From Oculina patagonica (taxonomy: Eukaryota), in assembly GCF_052425735.1 (NCBI RefSeq), contig NC_135758.1, positions 29,140,001 to 29,204,000 of the forward strand: a stretch of DNA of 64,000 nt, written 5' to 3'. The notes below the pieces were generated by a model. It saw only the letters and a program-made list of their open reading frames with translations, made no database searches and was not told the origin of the DNA. The translations under genes and the position numbers were made by a program. This document shows positions 38,211 through 52,516 of the stretch, piece after piece (the first letter of the stretch is position 1; the number at the start of each line of letters is the position of its first letter).

Positions 38211-41200
38211 TCAGCAACCTATGGTTTGATTCCACCCACCGAAAGGTCTAGTAAAACAATAATCACCAACATCTGACACAGCTAAACAGTGATCGCGGAT
38301 CGCAGGCTCCATAAGAAGTCCCACTACCCCCGCACAAAACGTCCCTGCTCCCATCCCGATGGTAGCAAATCCCATAGAAAATTCTTTGAATTTAGCATCG
38401 GTCTCTGAAACCACCACAAAAGCGTTTGTGAAGGCCGCGCCAGCACCCAGGCCAGCGACAAAGATTAAGATAAAAACGATCCACACGTCATGTAAGAACC
38501 GATACCACGCCGCCAGTATAAAAAACGCAAGCTGAACCACCAAGATCAACGACAAAATCCATATCCGCCTGATTGCGAAAACGTTGACAAGGCTGGGCTT
38601 TAGCGACGCAATGACCGCGAGATACGACCTGGCTATAAATTCACCACTTAAAAATATAAATATGTAGTATCTGTAGTGAACTCTGGGTGGGAATGGAGCG
38701 TTTGGAAATGCCATTGTCGTGATGACAGATTGTATGATGACGTATTCGCTGACGTAGGCAACAAACAGAGCTATAACCAATGGGAGGATTTGGCCAGCTG
38801 CAGAGAGTTTCTCTTTCCATGTGACTCTTTCAGATTCTGTTTCTTTGCTATCTTCTGAAGTATTTTCTAACTGGACAGCTTTAGAGTGTTTTTTCTCCAT
38901 GACGGCATAAAATAACAGATAAAGAAGAGGCGACCCGGCCATTATCATCATAGCGTTGTTTGGTGAGACACAGCTCCATGTTGTTAGACCTTTAAAAAGA
39001 AAAACAAAGGACATTTTTTAAGGAAAAGTCTTTTAGTTTTGACGTGTTCAGTTAAAAGAGTGTCCTTCAGAAACTAGTCAAGAAAACGAATGCTGTTTTT
39101 GGCAAATCTTCGGAGACGCGCGGCTTGTTTCTGATTCTTATTAACCAATCAAGAACTAGCTTAAGTACTCAAGAGCGTACTTCAAAAACAGTCTCGTAAG
39201 CATGGCACAATGACAAGTCAATATGACGCTTACAACCACTGGATCTCCGCCATGCAGTGATACTTTTTCCTCCGAATGAAAACAGGAGTTCATTTAGTTT
39301 CAGTCTTTCTCTACTGGACTGAGAACCAACTGAACATTTCAACCTACACCGGAGCCAAGTAGATCGCAAGATCAGAGCAGGAAAGGCCAAACGAACCCAA
39401 AAATAGGTCGAAATGGGCCTCATTATCACGGTATTCTTTACGTGATGTGTCACAGGGATTTTTAAAATAAAGTTTTAGTCATGGGGCTTAAAGCTTTTTG
39501 TTTTTTTTTGAGAATGCATGGACATCATTAAATATTCATTATCAGCGAAGCGGCAAATTTGAATGCGAGAGCGCTCACAATAAGAGAAGAAAGCGTCAAA
39601 ATTGGCCCAGTAGCGTTGATTAAACTTGGTTTTCTGGTTTCAAGAAGTAAAAATCTACCAACCCACGCGCGGCGTTTTGAAGATGAATGCTATATCAACA
39701 TTTTAAGGCTCAAATAAACAAAATTGAACAAGTGTACATTTCAGGAATAACATGCACCACTAACCAAAGAGATATATCCTGTGATAACCCAATGGAGAAG
39801 TAGTATCAGCCAAAGCTCAGTCGAAAAATTACTATTGAAAGAATGTAAGATTTTTCTGTAATGCACTTTTATTGGCAAGTACGCACGGAACAAATCGTGT
39901 TGTTTTGTTTTGCCTGGCAGGTGCCAAGGTAAACACTTCAAAAACGAAAAATATACATAAAGCTAATTCGAGTTGTTTGGAAAATTAATATTTGTTTTTA
40001 CCGGCTAAATTAGATAACAGGTAGCTTTGATAAAGTTAGCAAAACAGAACTGGTATTAAGAGTAGACGCTCCTTTTAACAGGCGTGATTACAGAAAGTTT
40101 TGTTCTCATTATCATCATCATCTGAATCCTAAGTCTCCTCTGGGAGAATAGGGCCATCAAGTTAGCATCTTAGGGCCTGTTTACGCGATATCGGAATGGT
40201 TTCACGAGATGCGATTTCATCTCGGAACGAAAATCGTTTTTTGTTTACATAATACTAGAATGAACTGTCATTCAAGAACAAAAATCTCATTCCGGAGTGA
40301 AAATTGAAATGAACTTATTCCAGAATGACTTGACTTTCCTCTCGGTATCATGTAAACTGATTCTTTCCGGAATCATTTAAACAGACCCTTAGGGTACTAG
40401 CCGCCTGGGATACGAAACCATAGCGGGCTGAACAGGCCAGTCGGTCGCCTGCCTGTAAGCAAGGGATGATATTCATATGAGGTACTCGACTTCGAACAAG
40501 CATAATGTAAAAGCAGGCCAGAGTTTGAGGCTATGCGGGAGCACTTAAAAGTATTTACACTATACAACGATTTCCTCCGGTCCAAATTTTCGGACCGGAG
40601 AAGCATTCTGTTAACACGGGACCATTCTGGAACCGGTCCGGAACGGATCTAAAACTGGACCTGCAAAACCAGTTTTGGATCCGTTTCGGACGGGTTCCAG
40701 AACGGTCCCGTGTAAACAAAAGCCGATTCGGTCCGGTTTGGAACGGTTCTGGTCCAGTCCAGTGTTAACGTAGCCTAATGCTGGATTTCCACTGAAGCGT
40801 CATTTTTTACGTGCGTTAACGTGCGTGAAAAAATTAAGAGACAATGTATGAACGACTTGCGTACACGTTTACGCACGCCGTTCATACATTGTCTCTAAAT
40901 TTTTCACGCACGTAAACGCACGTAAAAAATTACGCGTCAGTGGAAATCCACCATAAGACTTTCAACTGACAAAATTTAATGACCCACGTTTCATCGAAAT
41001 AAGACAGCCATAAAAAGGCGTTTTTGTTTGTAATCTATAGTGGTTTGCCTCACTATAAATAGGCATACAAATCTGTAAACTTACCTGTATAATAAAGAGG
41101 TCCTAATATGAATCCTGAACCGGTGCCCGCCGAATACGCAGCGACCGTAACTTTCTCGTAATAAGCAGTCAACGTAAAAAACGACACTTCTCCAATTCCT

Positions 41201-41613
41201 GCCCCCAGGGAAGTGGTACAGATTCCAACTAACTTGAGATAAACTTCCTTGGCGTAGACAATTATAAACAGGCCTGCTGTAAAAAATGCGTAAACTGCCA
41301 CTATTCGAACAACATAAGGCACTTTGTGTATAAAGTACGGCGCGATCATTGTCACAAGAAAATACGGACCAACATTTGTCACTAACACGGCAGCCGTTGG
41401 AATAAAAGTACCCGCTAAGATGTCCTGTGCCCCTGAAATGATGACAGAATAGACCGTGTAGATGAGCGCTCCAAAGGCGTAGAAGGCCAAAAGGTTTCGT
41501 AATGGCTCCTTTTTCGGTTTTGCAGCTTTTAATTCCTCACTTTCTTCGCTCTGTTCGTCTTTTGTTGGGGTTTCCTCCGTGTTTTCTCCGCCATTTTCGT
41601 CTGTGTTCTCCAT
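38211..41613 (-). CDS. CLN3: Battenin/CLN3-family lysosomal MFS-like membrane protein, paralog A, 435 aa, 2 exons
   Basis: Exons 41613-41085 (ACAG|gtaagt) and 38989-38211 (taaag|GT). CLN3-type motifs: IISGAQDIL, SLGAGIGEVSF, YSAGTGSG, EYVIIQ, GEFIARS and GLGAGAAFTN. Confidence 0.88.
40173..40388. mobile_element. PIF/Harbinger-type MITE with a TTA TSD
   Basis: TTA|GGGCCTGTTTAC ... TTTAAACAGACCC|TTA. Confidence 0.65.
40610..40775. mobile_element. Palindromic MITE-like repeat (GGAAC(C)GGT(T)CC units)
   Basis: GTTAACACGGGACC ... GTCCAGTGTTAAC, with internal self-complementary units. Confidence 0.55.
40779..40953. mobile_element. Foldback MITE forming an ~80-bp-arm hairpin, TAA TSD
   Basis: TAA|TGCTGGATTTCCACTGA...AGAGACAATGTATGAACG ... 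CGTTCATACATTGTCTCT...TCAGTGGAAATCCACCA|TAA. Confidence 0.85.
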
Positions 41614-43266
41614 TTTTGGCCAACTTCAACGTTGACCACTCGTAATCAGATTCCGCTTGGATACGTTTCCTTCCGTTTAGCTGATAAATCTAAAGCTTCG
41701 ATATAATATCAAACTCGTGCCGGTCGTGATTTTCACGACGAGAGCGATCAAGGAGAAGAAACGTTTGACTCTCACGTCATGGCACACAACTCGTCAATAA
41801 AATTTTGATTGTTCAAAGACACATTCCGTTCGCTTACGTTATGACAACCTGGTGGCCACAAAGAAACAAGAAACAAGGGCTGGATCCTGATCAAACTTGA
41901 ATGTAAGGTTTTTAACTGGTAATTCAAGTTGTTCTTGTTTTTTGCGACAGACTGAACCGGCCAACCAAGAAAAGCAAGTCTTTCTTGCGAGTTTCGAACT
42001 GAAAAAAGTGGAAAGTCTCCAGATGTCAAAATTCTTGAACTTTTCAAGGTCCTCTTATAATCACTGACGTTTCGATCGAGAAAAAAATAATGACAACTTA
42101 AACAGGTGGCACGACCCCACCAGTTGGACGGACGAAATTTAAAAGCCGACATGAATTCTGGGGGGGGTTAACGTAAATTTACTCGGACCGCGACGGAAAT
42201 TTGCACAATTTCCGACAGGAGCTGCCGAACCTTCCGACAGCATTAAAAATTTCTCTGTGCTATAGTTTTATCAGAGAACTAGCTAAAGTGGACATGCGAG
42301 GACCAACTAACCAACGCTACCTTCGAGAGGTGTTTATCTTGGAGAAAGATGAATCAAATTTGACTGGATTATGGCAATGGCAAGGACCTTCTTCGTGCCT
42401 CGCGTCCGCTTTTTAATTTCAGGAGGTATCGGTTGAGGAGAGTCGACTGTTCCGTGTGACAAACAAATCATTTTAATCTATACTAGAAAATAATAACCCT
42501 TGTTTATTTTCGTCACCTATTTACAATTTACATGTTTGAAACGCTTTGCTTTTCTTTGAGTCCATAAATACTCTCTTGTTCGGTTTTGTTTACATGCAAA
42601 ATTCGATAAATTCTCGTTTACTTTTTCTCCGCAACAGCATAAAAATAACCCAAGTAAAGTAGCCCAAAAAATTTACTTTATATACATTATTCCTCAATTC
42701 TAAGACCACAAGTTTTGTAAATATTACCTCGATAATATGGACACTTCATTCTAACATAGTTAGTAACTATGATTCTAACGACCCATCACTTGATCCCAGA
42801 GCGACCAATTAAATTCCGTACAATGACCCTACTTCTGTAACGGACACCTCTTTATTGCAAATACAATACGAGCACACACACGAAGGTATGTCGCTTCAAT
42901 GTCCGTATTAACGATTTTTTTTATCGCTGATTTCTAGAGACAAATATCTTCTTGAGACAATGCCTTAAAGGAATTAACCTGCACACATACTTTCAGTTAT
43001 GTAGCAATTAATTTCCCCCTATTTAAGTTTCATTTAAAAGGGATCCTCTCTTTTATTCGTCTCTTTCGCATGACTGTCGAGAAACAATATACCAGTGGTG
43101 GCTAATTTTGATTACATTAATAAATATATTTCCCCAAGTTCGATGCAATTTATAAATATCTCTAACTATGCCCAGAATACCTCTATGAAATTTAATAAAT
43201 TTCTGTACATATGAAGTTGTATAGCCCATAGACCCCCTGTCAATATGTTGCCGTCTGATTTGCCGT

Positions 43267-46200
43267 TTATTTACAGACTCCACCTCCCTGCAATCGAGTA
43301 AAGCAAAAGCTGCTATTTTGCGCCACACCTAAACAGTGACGACGTAGCCAAGGCTCGATCAGCAATCCTAACAAGCCAGCGGTAATCGCCCCAGCGCCAG
43401 TCGCAGCAGAAGCGTACCCAAGAACAAACTCTCTGGACTTTGGCTCCTCGATTTCTGAATAAGTCGCTAACATATTCACATACATTATGCCAATTATCAG
43501 ACCACCAATAAAGGAGAGAATTAAAACTACTGAAACGTCAGTCAAAAAGCGGTACCAAGCCGCCAGCAAAAAGAAAACTAAAATACCGATCTCCGCCACG
43601 GCAAGAAACCATATCCTGCGTATGGTTACATTCCGAGCGAGGCTCGGCATGAGATACGACAAGACGATCAAATACGATCTACCGAACAGTTCGCCGAACA
43701 GGAAAATGAAGATGTAGTACTGATAGTGGTCTCTAGGAGGAAAAGGCGCACTCGGGAACGCTATTGTTGTGATGACGGATTGAATGATCAAATATTCCGC
43801 GATCCATGCACTGATTATGGAAGCGATGATCGGCAGAACTCTTTTGATAGCCGAACATTTCTCCTTCCATGTTAAATGGCCGTCGCCGATCTCTGTTTCC
43901 TGTTCTTCGATTGGTGAATATTGAATGTCCTTGTGAGTGATTCCGTTTGCGGCAGATTGCCAGCATTGAGAGTGCTTTCTTTCCATTAGAGCGTAGAATA
44001 TCAACAGTAACACCAAACTGACAGCCATGATAGAAATGGTGACAGAGGGAGAGACACAAGCCCATGTTGTCATTGCTGTGGAATAGAAAGAACACCTGCT
44101 TAGTCATACGAGATAGCTTCAGTCTCTAAACCCGGACGATGCATACTTCTGAGATCTAGTAAGCAGCATCTGGACCATCTCTAGTATGTAACATGCCTAC
44201 TTTTACGACAAAACTATATTGTATAAAAATGAAAATATTAATCGCCATTATCATCACCATCGTTATTATAACACAAAAATACTGCCAACGAATGTATTCG
44301 TTTAAAACACTACCATGTATAACTGAACATAGTTATTATTTTTTTAGGCGAGGACGTAGTCTCGAGCCTTATGCTAGGGCACGATCAAGGATTCTTGTGA
44401 TAATGTGAAAATTACTCCATTAACAATCTCGTTCCCAGAGTCCCCCATTTTTCGGCGATGTGATGATTCGAACCGAAGGGGATTGGTAACTAAAAACGAT
44501 TTGTTGCGTCCGCCATCTTGGTTTTACGGTCGTGCATGTGAGAATTTTTCGCAGCCAGAAGCCTTGACTCGAGGAAGATTAGTAGCTGATATTTTTTGCG
44601 CTCACTTACAAACATATTGAGATATCATAGTACACAAAAACCTTATCGACACACCGATAGGTCGAGGGACTAAACTAAATTGTGGTTTACGAGCTGGTGA
44701 GTGCTGGGTTTCGGGCAGACCTTTGCCTTTCAAGACTGAGGTTGAACTGAATATAAAGCATTGAAAGCACTATAAGCACGGCTAAACATCAGAATTGAAA
44801 TATTTGTGATCTGAACTACTGGCAACATTGTAACCTGAGCTTTAACTGAAGATGAGATGTGCAGAACAAGTATACTGCCATAACTGCTGAGGTGAGCTAT
44901 CTAAAGTTTATATTTGCTTGTACTTCATGGACTACCTTATTGATGAATAACATAAGCTTAATAGTCAAAGTGTTCATGGAATCGAAATAACAATTTTAAA
45001 AGGTTAAATATCTGCTAGATGTTGTTATATATAGATTTGCTGGAATTTATAGATCACAAAGCATTGAGAGAGCTTCATTCGCGATCCCTTCTGTCAACGG
45101 AACGTTTTCATATAATACTAGGTGATTTTAACATTGATTGGATTGCATAATTTGGATACAAACAAACTTATTTCAGGCTTAACCACTGATAATCTGAGTG
45201 ATAACAGAACTACAATGTATCACATTTAAACAAATCTAAATAAATCAAGAGTCTAAACTGACCTTTATAAAGCTGTGTGGTTAGCAAACAACTAAGTAGG
45301 CTATAATAAGTAGTAAATGATTTAAGAAGCATAATGTACATGAAGAAAGATGTGTTTCAGAAAAAAGAAAAATTTAAGTGAATTCAGTAACTACTTTTGT
45401 TGCATTATGTTGTTGTAGTTAATCAGTCTTGGTGTCTAAACAAATATGTGTAAAACAATTATTAAATTTTTAACTATTGATTCTTTCTTTTATTATGTTT
45501 CCAGAACAGAAACAAAAAAAACAACAGAAAACATCCAAAATACAGTTTTCAAAGAATCCACTGACTGCTGTGTTTTGTCCTAATTGCCTCAGTATGTTTA
45601 ATCTGCACTTTGTCAAGAAGCAGCATGAATGTGTGAATGTGGCTATTGCATTGGAACTGGTTATTGACCTCTATTCTGCCTCTATGCAATATGTACATAA
45701 AAAAGCCCAATCCTCACTATAAATGGCAGATATATTTAAACAAAAGACAACGAAAACCATGTAGCAATAACACCAAAGTTAAAAAAAATGTGTAAAACAT
45801 CTCTGGATTTGCTACAGAAAGACCCTTTAATTCAAATTCATCACTGGCAAACCACTAGCTACCACTGTATCAACTCTACGTCCTAGACTCTACATGTATT
45901 GTATCAAGGTTTTGGACTTATTGGACTTACTTGCCTCACAAATTGTACAGATAGTGCAAACAACTTTCAGCCCCATTTTAATTTAACAAGAGTAAATCAA
46001 GATACTATATCAATTTAACTTCCTGGAAACTTGTACTTCCTTGCACTGCGTGTTTTACCTCTAAATGATATTAAGTTTTTGGACTTACTGGACAAAGCTT
46101 ACGTTACAGATTGTACAGTCAGTGCAGTCAACAATCTAGATACATTATTTCAAGACATTTTTTGCTGCTAAAGTTGAGGAAGTGTCCTTGCTGTCTAGTA

Positions 46201-49071
46201 AAGTTACAAAATATGTTGCATTCCATTGTCAAAAGTCGTGATAAAAGACATCTTATTAGAATTGTACAAATTAAATTGCCAATTTTGTGATCAAAGCAGC
46301 TTAGGGAAGGTACGTTTTTTTTTATTAGGGGGGGGGGGGGGTGGGCCGGGGTATTTTAGGATTTTTTTGCGAACAAATTCGTGGCCCTCCCACTTCCTAG
46401 AATGTTTTGTTGCATGACCCTCCACAAACACGCACACAAAAACATGTGACCCTCCCCCCCACCTACTCAGTGGTTCCTTGGGAACAAAACTAAACAGAAG
46501 TGTTGCTGACCTTTTAAAATGCTTTCTGGTCGTTCCATCTGTGCACAAAGCAACTATTACAGGGATTTTAATAAGAGTCAGAGTAGGCAGCAAACGTTTT
46601 GGAGCTCCGAAGGCTCAACCTTCTAGGGGGGTTTGGGGGCATGCTCCCCCGGAAAATTTTAAAATTTTGGCCTCTAAGAGTGCATTTCCTGCATTCCTGC
46701 ATTCTTTTCGAATGAAAAACTAAGTTGATTGTCCACTGGAAGTTAAAAGAGGTAAATAAACTGCCGTAGCGAAATTTGGAAAAGCTGACGTTTCGAGTGT
46801 TGGCTCCTAGAGTCTATCCTAGAGGAACGAAAAGGAGCTGAATAGTTGGGATGAGACTAGGCCCTCTGTGTCCCGTACTTTCTTTTCTTAAAACACAGGA
46901 AGTCAGATTCTTAAAAGGAGGAGGCAAATTAAGTCTAAAACTTGTATCTTTAGGTTTTCTTGGGTTCCGCGTTGCTAGGACTATTTTATAAACTATTGGA
47001 CGTGACTAGTAAACTATCCTTAGAACTTCAATACGGTAAAGAATGAAACTTGAGAATTGCCAACATGGGTTGTTGAGTTGATTTACTATCATATTCCTAA
47101 CACTAAAATTAACCCGGGGGGGGGGGGGACTCGCATATGAAAATGACGGGTATGCTCGTCGTCTCGCTTAGGGGTGTAAATTTCGGATTTTTGGTCTCGC
47201 TTAGGGTGTTCCGGGAAAAACGCCAATATTTTTAGCCATAATGGTCTCGTTTACGGTTACACACGAATAAATATACAAATATAAATTCTATTCTTAGTTT
47301 TTTGGTATCTTTTAGGGGTCAAGAAAAGCTTGAGCCACACCCAGATCGGTCTCTTTTAGGGGTTCTTTTCAAAATTTCCGACGAGCATCCCCGTCTGTTT
47401 CATATAGGAGCCCCCCCCCCCCCGGGAAAATTAAGAGAAATTCATGTGAATCAGCAAGGAAAATAAAGATTTAGAGCTCACTTGGTTAAGAAGACTTAAA
47501 TTTAAATGTAATACAAAGCCGCAAGGATATAACAATACATGATCTTATGGGCCAATCCACGCGGTTACTTATGATCATTCATTTGCATGTTTTTGAATGC
47601 TTTGTTGAACAAGGCGGTTCCTCCTTGCAACGTGCCCTGAAATTACATTGATCGTCCGCCAGTGTTAATTCTTTCAGCAATTTTCACACTATAACTGAAT
47701 CATCATCTTAACCCTACTGATTGTCAATAGGAAAATTCTTTTTCCATGAAATGAATTTTCTTTGTTAAGTATGAATTGAAAGGGACGCGTTTAACAAAAT
47801 TTTACATGTTAATTAATATGATTTATCAGGTTAGTGATTTAAAGCACCCGGTTATACAACAAGTTTTCTTATTTCCGTGGCGATTTTATTTTTTCCTAGA
47901 CCTTTGTTGAGTGAGTTCACTCGAGAGTATATTCGTGATTTCAATGTGCATATTATGGACAGACTGTGGCTAAAATTGTCCAAGCTGAATGACAATAGAT
48001 CGCGACAAACCATTATGTTTTATGAATCCATTAACTTCGGCACCTGCATGAATTTTAGGGAATTTATTACAGTATTGTGTTTTGTAAATTTCACTGTATT
48101 GTACTCCTTCGGGATAATATAAAACACCAAAACATGGCTTAAATTTCTCCTGGTTATTTTTATTATAGCGAAACATTATATCAGAAGAGAAAGGCTGGAA
48201 AATCCCTACAACAACAGCATGCATATGCGGTGAATAAAAGATCGACATTATTGAATTTAATTTATATTTCGTTCAAGTTTTAATGGTATGACTTGTCACA
48301 CTGAATTTGAGAAAGTAACTGAGCGTCTTAATTTTATTTTGTGCGTTTAAATAATCCTTTTAAACTGTGTCGCTCAAACTTAACTGGTTGCCGGAGCGAA
48401 TAACAAAGTTAATAGTGCCGAGTTTTACACTGAACAATACAAGGAAACAATTTACAGCATAATATTTTCACCGGCCAAAATTTAATTTAGTCTTGTTAGA
48501 AGTGAGTAAAAATAAGACGCATATAAATCAAATTATTATACAAAATAGTAAGTTTTATAAATGAAATACCTGTGTAATACAATGGCGCAAGTGATATACC
48601 AGTCCCTGTACCGGCTGAGAAGGCGCTAACTGCCGTATCATGGTAGAAGGACGTCATGGCTATGAACGATAACTCCCCCAAACCAAATCCAAATGAAGAC
48701 AGCGAAACCCCGAACAATCTCAATCCAACTCGATTGGCTGTAGCTACCAAGATAAGTCCTGTAGCCTCCAGAAAACATATGGCCAGTATTCGGGGGAAAT
48801 ACGCGATTTTTTGAATGTGATATGGCGCTACAAGAGTGATGACGAAGTACGGTCCGACATTCGCGACCAACACGGCCGATGTGGGCACAAATGTTCCTGC
48901 CAGAATATCTTGAGCGCCCGATATTATCAACGAGTAAATCGCATAAATCAAGAAACCGAAAATGTAGAAGGCAAGGATTGTTACTGGTTTTTCTTTCGCT
49001 TTGTCATTTTCCTCTTTGGCGGTGAATAATTCCATTTCTGTCGCTTCATACTCTTTTGTTTCGTCTGCCAT
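43267..49071 (-). CDS. CLN3: Battenin/CLN3-family protein, paralog B, 436 aa, 2 exons
   Basis: Exons 49071-48570 (ACAG|gtattt) and 44075-43267 (ccacag|CA). Same motifs and same intron position (YYT|) as paralog A. Confidence 0.88.
47113..47426. mobile_element. MITE with CCCGGG(G)n TIRs and an 8-bp TSD
   Basis: AAAATTAA|CCCGGGGGG...GACTCGCATATG ... CATATAGGAGCCCC...CCCGGG|AAAATTAA. Confidence 0.85.
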
Positions 49072-51378
49072 CTCTTGCCGATGTTTGCCGCGCGGAAGGT
49101 CGTTTAATTTGAGTCTTATAAGGGACGAATTGACGTCTTGACTGGCGCTTAAATAAGTCGCTAAGATTCAGGCCAATTCATCGTTTATAGAAGTATTCAG
49201 GCTTGACAAAACACACGGGCGACCACGCCGTTTCTACAGCTTGGCGGCTTGACTTTTCTGTACCACGATCAAACATCTGACTCCTGGCAAAACATACATA
49301 TGCAAATTGTGTTAGCAAACAGAGACCAAAATCAGTCGGACTTATTTACATTTGATATTTGCTCATTCTTTGGATCAAGATTTAAAAACCCACAAATTTC
49401 GATTACAACTAACCAATCTTCCTTGAAGACATCTTACTTCCATTAAAAGCCAGGTAATTATGTTAGTCTTCGTTTATACTTTATCTAGTAGATGTTTCAG
49501 CTTGCAGTATTAGTATTATAGCTTATTGTAATACCAGAAAAGTCCCAACTATTTTAAAAAATGGAGCGGAATGCCATTTGATTTTGAACCGCGATAATTT
49601 TTAGTCAATCCATGGACACCTGTAATTTTCTTCACGGAAACTCAAACCACCTGCTTTTGCTGTTTTCAGATTCAGGCCGTGATTTCTTGCACGTTGATTC
49701 TGTGGCTTGCGGTCATACAGTTTGTCCAACCCGCAAAGCATCTGAAACGCCTCTGCATTCCTCGTATCATATTATTCGTATGATTTTAGCAGCGATTTGA
49801 AAATATCTTCGATGACCGATCCATTGCTAGATTCGATTCAAAACTCGATCCTTTCTTCACGGCGAAGTTTGGTTTGGCTCAGCTTACAAAATGTTTTGAT
49901 TGTTGCATAAAAAAATAGTTATACCTGCAAATCAACTAATTTTATTTTGAAAATACCCAGGGCCAAACTCCAGGTGGGAGCAGCGTCAGATAAGAAGTCA
50001 TGACCTCAGTTATGCTTAATGTGGAGCAACTTTGATTTCCTTGAGTTGACGATCAGTGTTTGCAATTATCTGTGGTTAGAAAATAAAATGTGGGTCTTTC
50101 GGGTCCGGGTTTATTATCTTTAATCTTGGAAAAAAATTAACGCGGAGTTCCAATTTTTTTGTTGTTTTTTTTTTACTGTAATCAATTTTTCACTCTGTTT
50201 TCAATTCAAACTTTAGGATTAACCAAGGAGATGTAGAAATGAAGTGTTAAGAGTTTATCAAAAAAATTAGCACTAAGCTTATAAAGCGTGAATTAAAAAT
50301 GGTAAAGAAACTCACTGAACAATCGAGCCCAGACTAAACCAAGTTATTTTCTCTTGGTTCAATTTATTTTCTCTTGGTTCAGCAAAGAGCGGATAACTTT
50401 TATCCTACTAGGAGTTGCTGGTAGCAAGTAAAGTGCTGCGAAGTAAGTTATAACAATAATAATTATAATAGTAGGAACGATTGGAAGGTCATAGGAATGT
50501 TTCGGATGTTCACATTTCGCAGATGTGAAAGATATGATTTTTCTCAGTGAGTTAAATGCTGGTAATTCGCTTAGTTTATATAATAATTAGTGACATTGAG
50601 GAAAGGAAGCAATGCAACATAACATAGCACGTGCAATTCAATTGCAAAGCCATCGGAAACACCAATTTATGACGTCAAAAAGCTCGAAGCTCGCGGTCAT
50701 TATGGAAACGTTTTCATGTAGCCTTCGCAAATAATCTTCGTAGTGTTATTGCTGTAGCATATTTCCCGCTTAAGGCTCAGAAAGGAAAATTTTTCCTTAA
50801 ATTAACTTAGTAATAAATAATTATGAAAGCGAATCATAAGAAGGCCTCGTTAATTCGTTATTCATCAGAGCTGGCGCACAAGGGATAAAAAGACCGACCG
50901 TTTCCCCGGCACTATACTTGACCATCTTGCTCAAGAGAGGTTTCAAGCATTTACAAAGTATGAACAGAAGCGCAAGCGGCAGCGCTTTAAAGTTTAACTT
51001 CTTGCTCTTTAGCGAAAAGGACATCGCAAACGACAAACGCAGCTTCCACATTTTACATGCCGCTGATCATACGTACTGCATGTACTCAAAATCATCGCCA
51101 GCGAAAAAGTCAAATCGAGTGTGTCGCCTATATAAAGCGCCCAGGCCCCGCGCGGACAGTCAAAAATAGTTCTGCTGCTACGCTAAGGCTTCGCAGCATG
51201 CAACTAAAATCCTAAATCAGTCTGGTCTGTCAATAAAAAGGACGTGTGTGGGGAGGGGGTGATTTTAACATTATCGAGTGAGGGGATGAAAATTAATTTT
51301 TGCTTGGTGAGAGGGGGGGGGGGGGGGCGCAACTTAATGTTGAGCCGTATTTTACCCATTTCCCAACCACCTTCCCCC

Positions 51379-51500
51379 CTCTCTCCTCCGCAGAGGCTTC
51401 TCAGGGGGTTTTCGGTGGAGAGAATCCGCTGAGTAACTCACCTTGCCAAGCGGATTTTTATAACGAACGCCCCCATAGGGAACCTCTGAGGAGGAGAGAG
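51379..51500. mobile_element. Short MITE
   Basis: CTCTCTCCTCCGCAGAGG ... CCTCTGAGGAGGAGAGAG. Confidence 0.65.
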
Positions 51501-52077
51501 CTCTTCCCCAAATCCAGGTATATTACACTTTCCCTAATGAAGAAATAGTACGAAATCATACTTTGGAAGGCAAAAAATAAAAGAACGCCATTCTCCTTCT
51601 AAAAGATACCAAAGAAAAGACCTAATACAAGAGCCAAGAATAAAGCTATGTCCGTTTTTTACCAAGGACATCTAAACGGTTTGTAGGTCTAGCTGTACAA
51701 AGTTTTAAAGTGCGTCCCGATTTTATACAAGATGAAAATAAGCTTCTATCAAGTACGTCTTTGAGACGCACAAAGCAGACCACGATGAATATACGTCTGA
51801 CTTCTAATATTCCCTTCCCCTCTTATTTTTTTTTTTGTTTTAATGCGAGACGGATATATACGTCCACTAAGTTACAAACCATACTCGCCAGTCCTGGAAT
51901 CTTATACTTGTAAAGGATTTCCTCAAGAAAGAGCGTAGTAAGGTAACATCGGTTCCTGCTCAGAAATCACTCCGTAATTTAATGCCGTTTCATGTTTAAA
52001 GATAGGGCTAAAGAAAGCGGCAGTTACCGTTCATGTGATGTTTGGGCCGGCATTTAATCCATCTGTATCATATTGCG

Positions 52078-52516
52078 ACAGCAGTTCTCTTTTGAGTGTC
52101 TTAAAACCAAACCCAAAGCAATTACAACTGGCCAATCACGATAATTGCATACAAGAGCCAATAAGCCAATGACGACTCGAAGAAAATACACGTAAACGGT
52201 GCCAAGCGCGGGAAAAATGCGTGAGACCAAAGACACTCTTGGTTTGCATTTGATTGGTTTTAAGCAAAACCAAAGCAATTACTTCTGGCCAATCACAAAA
52301 ATCGCAAATTAACAAGACAAAGAACCAATGAGAACTCCAGGAATAGCGACCTCACCAGTGCCAAGCGCGGGAAAGCGCGCTAGACCAAGTCGCTGTTTTT
52401 TTTTTAATGTTACTGGTTGAATGAGCAGGTGGTTCGAATTTTTAAACCAGTCACTGAGTAAATGCAAAACCAATTCAATTCCGGATTACTTTCGACACTC
52501 GATAGAAAACAGTTCT
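52078..52516. repeat. Interspersed CCAATCA-rich repeat; inverted relative of ~22240-22495
   Basis: GCAGTTCTCTTTTGAGTGTC..AAAACCAAA..CAAAGCAATTAC..TGGCCAATCAC; the reverse-complement pattern lies in a NDUFS7 intron. Confidence 0.6.

Noticed and set aside
46740-46810. Partial hammerhead/Penelope end (AAAGCTGACGTTTCGAG)
   Set aside because: Only the GAAACGUC half is present on the minus strand; the CUGANGA half is missing.
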